Below are positions 59,104 through 64,000 of a stretch of 64,000 nt of DNA, in pieces. The notes under the pieces were generated by a model, which did no database searches, had not been told where the DNA came from, and saw only the letters and a program-made list of their open reading frames with translations. The translations under genes and the position numbers were made by a program. How positions within the stretch are numbered: the stretch's first letter is position 1; each line of letters opens with the position of its first letter. The stretch spans positions 124,001-188,000 of the IMG/VR virus record IMGVR_UViG_3300031251_000001; one strand, given 5' to 3'.

Positions 59104-59225
59104 GACATATCTCCATTTGACCCGGTACGCTTATCCTAACCCCGGCTCGTGTTGCTTAGCCATATCTAGGTCCCCCGGTGCGGCAATTCCTTCCTTCCGG
59201 ATCCAATGCAAGCCCGGCGGCGATG

Positions 59226-59288
59226 CGTTGTGCCGGCGAGCGTCCACCAGGGACGCCCTAACCAGCTGTGGGCCTACCGGTGGCCCCG
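59226..59288 (-). ncRNA. candidate novel structured RNA element, copy 3 of 4
   Basis: CGG GGCC ACCGGUA GGCC CAC A GCUGGU UA GGGCGUCC CUGGU GGACGCUC GCCGGC ACAACG. Confidence 0.75.
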
Positions 59289-59298
59289 TGACTTCAGT

Positions 59299-62118
59299 CT
59301 AACAAACGGGCGGCTGCCCATGCGGTGCTGAATGAAGAATCATGTCCTCCAGTCGGAGGTTGACGTCGTCGAGGTAGACCGGGCTAAAGCGGATGCGAGC
59401 TTCCTCTTTGGTGCCGTAGCTCGACTGGACAGGCGGGTGCTGAGAGAGTTGCTGCTCCTGAACTCGCACCCAAGGCAAACCTCGCAGCTCATCGGGGAGC
59501 TTCTCGTAGTAAAGCCGGGAAGACCACTTCACCGGCGTCAACCACACTAGCTTGCCGTTCTCCTTCGACTCAAAGGTGGCGCCCTCGTAGACCATAAAGG
59601 TGCCACTTCGGAAGGCCATGATGGCGGTCACCGGTCCCACGCCACATCTGATCTCGGTGGCCAACCGCATGGTGGCCACCGTACGACGGTGCGGGTTAAG
59701 CGAGATCGCCTTGGTCCTGGTCGGAAGGAACAGGCCCGTGATCATTGCTACCAGGCTCCCCAGCAGGCTTCGGCGGTTCGACATGAGTTGCTCTCTTTTC
59801 CAAGTCAGCCAGCACGGGAGTGGCGACAGGGTTATGGGTCTTGTTCAATCTTAACTTAGACAAGGCAGCGCTGAGGTTGGAGGTGCCCTTCTCCTGGAGG
59901 CGACGAGCCATCACCTCTTCGCTGCCGGCATTGGGGGTGACGGTGGTTTTCTCCTGGCGAATGACTTTCACCCGTGCTCGACTCTGATCATTATCGGCTT
60001 CTTTCAGGATCTCGCCAAACGCTTCATGCGTTGCTTGCTCCTCAAAGACACTCTGTTCCTTGGCGTCCTTACGACGCTGCACACTGACAGGTCCATTCAG
60101 GGTGTAGTCGAGAAGCTCGTGACTGTGGCATCCCTGGGTGTACTCCCCTTTAGGGAGTGGGTGATCTTTACCTGTGATCTTCAGGGTGCGGAACTGGTTC
60201 TCCATCCGCGTCATCGCTGCCCTGACGTGCTCCTTAAACTCGGCAAAGGTGCCGACAAAGGCGTTGATGTGCACATCCGTCTCATTGGTCACGATGGCCA
60301 CCGGTTCCTCGCCGGCAGGCACTGCAGGAAGATCAGCGACCGGTGTGATAGACGGCACCTTCACGGTAGGCAGATAAAGCGGAATGCCGGGACCGTCACC
60401 CACCCCGCAGGTAATCCCGAAGTAGAAGATGTGCTTGATTGGACCCTTGGGTGGCTTCACCTCGCTGAATATCTCTGGATGCTCGAAGTGATTGCTCATA
60501 CTTACTCCCCTGGTTACTGGTATCTCTCGGCCCGCTCCCGACTCATCACGTAAAGCGACTCGCTCTGCTCGGTGGCACTGACTACCACCGTAAAGCTGCA
60601 GTCCTTGACGAAGCCCGAGCTGTTGAGCAGCCCTGGCCCTTTTGTATCCACTGCGTCATGGTCTGTATAGTCGATTATCTCGACGCCGTTACAGACCATG
60701 TGCGGAGAGCAGGGGGCAGCTGAGCCGTGGTGATTCCAGGTGCTGGCGTTCTGGAAGCGGATCAGGGTGCGGTTATGATCCGACAGCACCAGCATTTCTT
60801 TAGCTACGATGCTGTACGACTGACGATTGGGCAGGTTGAGCCAGGCGCGTGGGTTCGACATCGTGAGAGCGATGTTGAGATAGTTATGCCTCTTGCCGTC
60901 CTTGCTCACGTTAGCCTTGAAGGCCCCGATGATGACCAAGAAGATCGCTACGAAGCACATGGCGAAGAACCAGAGGATGCTGACAGCGTCCATGCTTACC
61001 CCTTGAGATGGAAGACCTTGATCAACTCCTGTCGCAGTTCTGGGTTGGCCTCCAGCACCTGGAGAGTAGTCTCCTGATCGGCAACAAGCAACTCCAACAA
61101 GGTGGTAGCCCACTTGACGACATACTCCTGCTTTGACATCAGCAGGTTGTCGAACTCGGTCGCACAGATGCCACACTGGCTGCGGTGGTCGCAGGTGGCC
61201 TTTCCACCCCCGACGAACTTGAGACCGACGTCGGAGGGGGCCGGAGTTGACCAACTGACCGGTTGCTTAAACTGTTCAACCACCTGAACCGCCTCATTCT
61301 TGCGAGCACGACAAGGCGACTTCATCTCCGCCGGGACAATGAAATCACCACAGCGCTTGCACCTGACGCACTGACCCTGGCCTGGCGGGTGCGACACAGT
61401 ACACCGCTCCATGCCCGGTTCGTGCGGTAAATTGAAAGGATGTGGTTCGCTGACGCCGAGTTCAGATTTGATTTCTTTACACTCCCATGTTTTCTTGTTC
61501 GAGTTGTAGTTGTACCAGTGCTCATGCACCGATGCCGGCTCGTCGAAGGTGAAGAGGAGCGACACCTCTTTGGGATCCTCGATGTCGAGGTGGAAAGTAG
61601 CGGAATGAGCATGGATGCCGTGGGAGACGGCAGCGTCCACGTTAATAAATGATGACGTGGAGGAATGGTCCGTAACCCTAGACAGGGTACGCACGGTGAC
61701 TCGTACCTTCTTGGTGTCGGGCCAGATCGGAAAATGGAAGAAGTAACGGCTGAGTGGCATGGTGGCTCCTGTGGAGGTGTTACTTATGATCTTTGACCAG
61801 CTGTTCACACTGCTGGGCATAGGTCTTGCCAATGAACTGCTGCTGGCGTAGAAATCCGAGCTTGGCTCTCGATGTCATCTTCTCCCAGAGCCGGGCTATC
61901 ATGGGCCTGATCTTATCCAGGCCGACGCCAGATCGGAAGCGGAAACGACCCTCGGACAGGTCCCCCGTCTCCTCCATGACTCCACCAAGCTCTTCGGGCA
62001 GCTGATCACCACCGTCACAATCGATGTCAGAGTACATATTGACGATGCGTTCAGCGGTGAACTTGCTAGGTACGTTATTAACCCCTTGTGAGGGGTAAGG
62101 CGAGGCGTAGATAGGCAT
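59299..62118 (-). other. hypothetical genes 59299..59784, 59696..60499, 60514..60993 (membrane), 60996..61760 (Cys-rich), 61780..62118
   Basis: consecutive minus-strand ORFs. Confidence 0.65.
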
Positions 62119-62132
62119 GCTTGCTCCTGGTT

Positions 62133-62148
62133 CAAAATACGTATTTTG
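62133..62148. promoter_or_regulatory. dispersed 16-bp palindrome, copy 8
   Basis: exact match; at the 3' end of the long leader containing RNA copy 4, before an AGGAG RBS. Confidence 0.9.
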
Positions 62149-62308
62149 GGTTCGTGTCTCCGCCCCTGCTTCGTGCTGGTGGACTCCACCTGCTGTGACA
62201 AGCCCGACTTGACTCCCTGCTACGAGGTAGCCAGATCGGCTCACCTGTTGCGAGCATTGGCATCTCCGCCCCTGCCCGTGCGGGAAGAGCATCAACACCC
62301 TGCTCGCT

Positions 62309-62371
62309 CGTTGTGCCAGCGACCCGCCACCAGGGCGAACCTAACCAGCTGTAGGCCTAGCAGAGGCCCCG
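62309..62371 (-). ncRNA. candidate novel structured RNA element, copy 4 of 4
   Basis: CGG GGCC UCUGCUA GGCC UAC A GCUGGU UA GGUUCGCC CUGGU GGCGGGUC GCUGGC ACAACG. Confidence 0.72.
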
Positions 62372-62379
62372 TGAATCGA

Positions 62380-62856
62380 TCAATGACTCGGTGTACGATG
62401 CTTCAGCTCAGCCCAGACGTTAGCCGGGGTCCAGTGGCTCTGTTCCCCTGTCTGATCGAGCGTAGCAATCAACTCGTCCAAGTCGTACCAGGCCCAGCCG
62501 TCGCACTTGTCCGGCTCCTTGTTGACCGGCTCTCCGCCGATGTACTCGGCATACACCCAGTAGGTGATGTGGTTGACTCGCGGTCGATGATCGCTGACGC
62601 CCAGGATAGCAGGACAAAACTCAATGTCCAGATCAGTGCAGACCTGGAGGCCTGTCTCTTCGAGGACCTCACGGTGAACAGCATCCATGATGGTCTCACC
62701 ATTCTCGACATGCCCACCCGGCAGAGCGATGCAGCCTGGTCCGCGTTTGCACGTCATGGAGCGACGGCCGGCCAGGAACTTGCCCTCTTTGTGAATCAAG
62801 ATGCCCACCCCGGAAGTGGGTGGGCGACCAAGCAGAACGGTCTTCTCGTCGGTCAT
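62380..62856 (-). CDS. Nudix hydrolase (MutT/NUDT15-like)
   Basis: Nudix box GGHVENGETIMDAVHREVLEETGL; NKEPDKCDGWAWY. Confidence 0.92.
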   Translation of the reverse strand: MTDEKTVLLGRPPTSGVGILIHKEGKFLAGRRSMTCKRGPGCIALPGGHVENGETIMDAVHREVLEETGLQVCTDLDIEFCPAILGVSDHRPRVNHITYWVYAEYIGGEPVNKEPDKCDGWAWYDLDELIATLDQTGEQSHWTPANVWAELKHRTPSH

Positions 62857-63925
62857 TTTGGCTCCGGTCGGTGTAGCAGCGTGCCTTTCGGCAGCTTGGC
62901 TTTGGCGTACCACCAGCAGTTAGCGCAGGTGTTGCTGGCACGCTGAGGTTCTTTGGTAATGGGTTCGTCGATTCGCTTGGCCCCGCAGTAGGCTTTGGTG
63001 GTGTTGCCAGCGGGGAGCACATGGTAGAGGTGAGTGCGGAAGAAGCTGATGTCGGGGTTGTCGTATTCGACGGTGAAGCGACTGCGACGCTTGCACCGGC
63101 TGCATCGCCGGGGCTCACCACGAGGGCGGTTCATCGTGGCACCGCAGCTCTGACACTTCCATCGGGTCATGCTACCGCCCTCAAGTGTTTCTCGATTTGA
63201 GGCTGGAACACCTTGAAGTCGGTGTACTTGCCATCTGCGGTGAGTTGGCTGGCGGTCTCCCAGGCAGCCACCATGTCCACCTCACCGATGGTCGGGTATC
63301 GTGGCAGGCGATCACGGCCATGCCACGGCGTCCACGAACCAGAGAGCCGATGATGAACGATCTCCGGGATCGTGTAGATGAACAAGGCGGCGGGGTTACC
63401 AGTGCATTCGAGTTGATGGTTGAATGCACCCGGTGCACCGCGATCTCGACCGCAAGCAGGATAGTAACCCTGCCAGAAGCCCTTGATCAGCAAGTAGAAC
63501 GGCAGGTCACCCTTGGGTACGTCCAGCTGGGCGATGCGGAACTTCCTGGCTCGTATCTGCTTGTCGATCTCGGCACGCAGGCTTTCTGACGCCTGATAGA
63601 GCTGAAGCATGACCACTCCTTAGTCGCAGTTATTGTAAGTCAGCACGGCATCCCGATTCTTCCCGTTGACCTTCACATTGAGTTTGATCCAGGCCTCAGA
63701 ATGATAGCCATCAGTGACCTTGATAGGCAGCTTATTGCGATCGAACACCTCTTGCATCGCTTCTTTGTCCAGTCGCGTGTCACACAGGCAAGGAGTCAAA
63801 GTATCCTGGTCGCGGGAGGAAAGGAAGTCCAGGCTGAAGGCGTAACCCTTCATGTACTCCTGGCTGCAGCTGATGCCGTTGGTCTGGTTGTGGTGCTCTG
63901 GGCCGTCGTCGTCTTCAATGATCAC
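62853..63925 (-). other. hypothetical genes 62853..63170 (three CxxC pairs), 63167..63616, 63620..63925
   Basis: consecutive overlapping minus-strand ORFs. Confidence 0.65.
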
Positions 63926-64000
63926 CGTAGGTCCCTTGGCGAAGTTGACCTTCCAGCTGGGTGTGGCACTGAAGTCGATGGGTGAGTCGTCTTTGACCTG

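Noticed and set aside
1-64000. Stop-codon reassignment (alternative genetic code) as seen in some large phages
   Set aside because: Recognisable genes are full length in code 11 and end in TAA, TAG and TGA, and no suppressor tRNA was seen
1-64000. Frequent GATC/CGATCG as a HIP1-like iterated palindrome
   Set aside because: It looks common by eye, but I cannot count it against a codon-aware null, and it is readily explained by Ile/Asp/Arg codon usage in GC-rich genes

Overview
A 64-kb internal segment of a large, GC-rich dsDNA bacteriophage genome (probably a jumbo phage). Genes are tightly packed and almost all on the minus strand; only two convincing plus-strand genes were found. No capsid, terminase, portal, integrase, rRNA or CRISPR array is visible. 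Recognisable genes: three DNA methyltransferases, two small-molecule SAM methyltransferases, dTMP kinase, dCTP deaminase, ATP-dependent DNA ligase, Nudix hydrolase, four HNH/EndoVII-type endonucleases, probable tail/virion proteins, a GT4-like glycosyltransferase, a fatty-acid hydroxylase/sterol desaturase-family protein, a PAP2 phosphatase, a RimI-like acetyltransferase, a papain-like protease, many signal-peptide proteins and one initiator-like tRNA-Met. Several genes resemble Planctomycetota families, so the host is inferred to be a planctomycete (recalled family resemblance, not a database search). The two most striking unexplained signals are non-coding. (1) Four dispersed copies of an exactly 63-nt element show compensatory base changes in three stems and invariant loops, which suggests a new structured RNA read on the gene strand. 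(2) Eight perfect copies of the AT-rich 16-bp palindrome CAAAATACGTATTTTG are spaced every 5-10 kb, six of them 2-4 nt after a stop codon.
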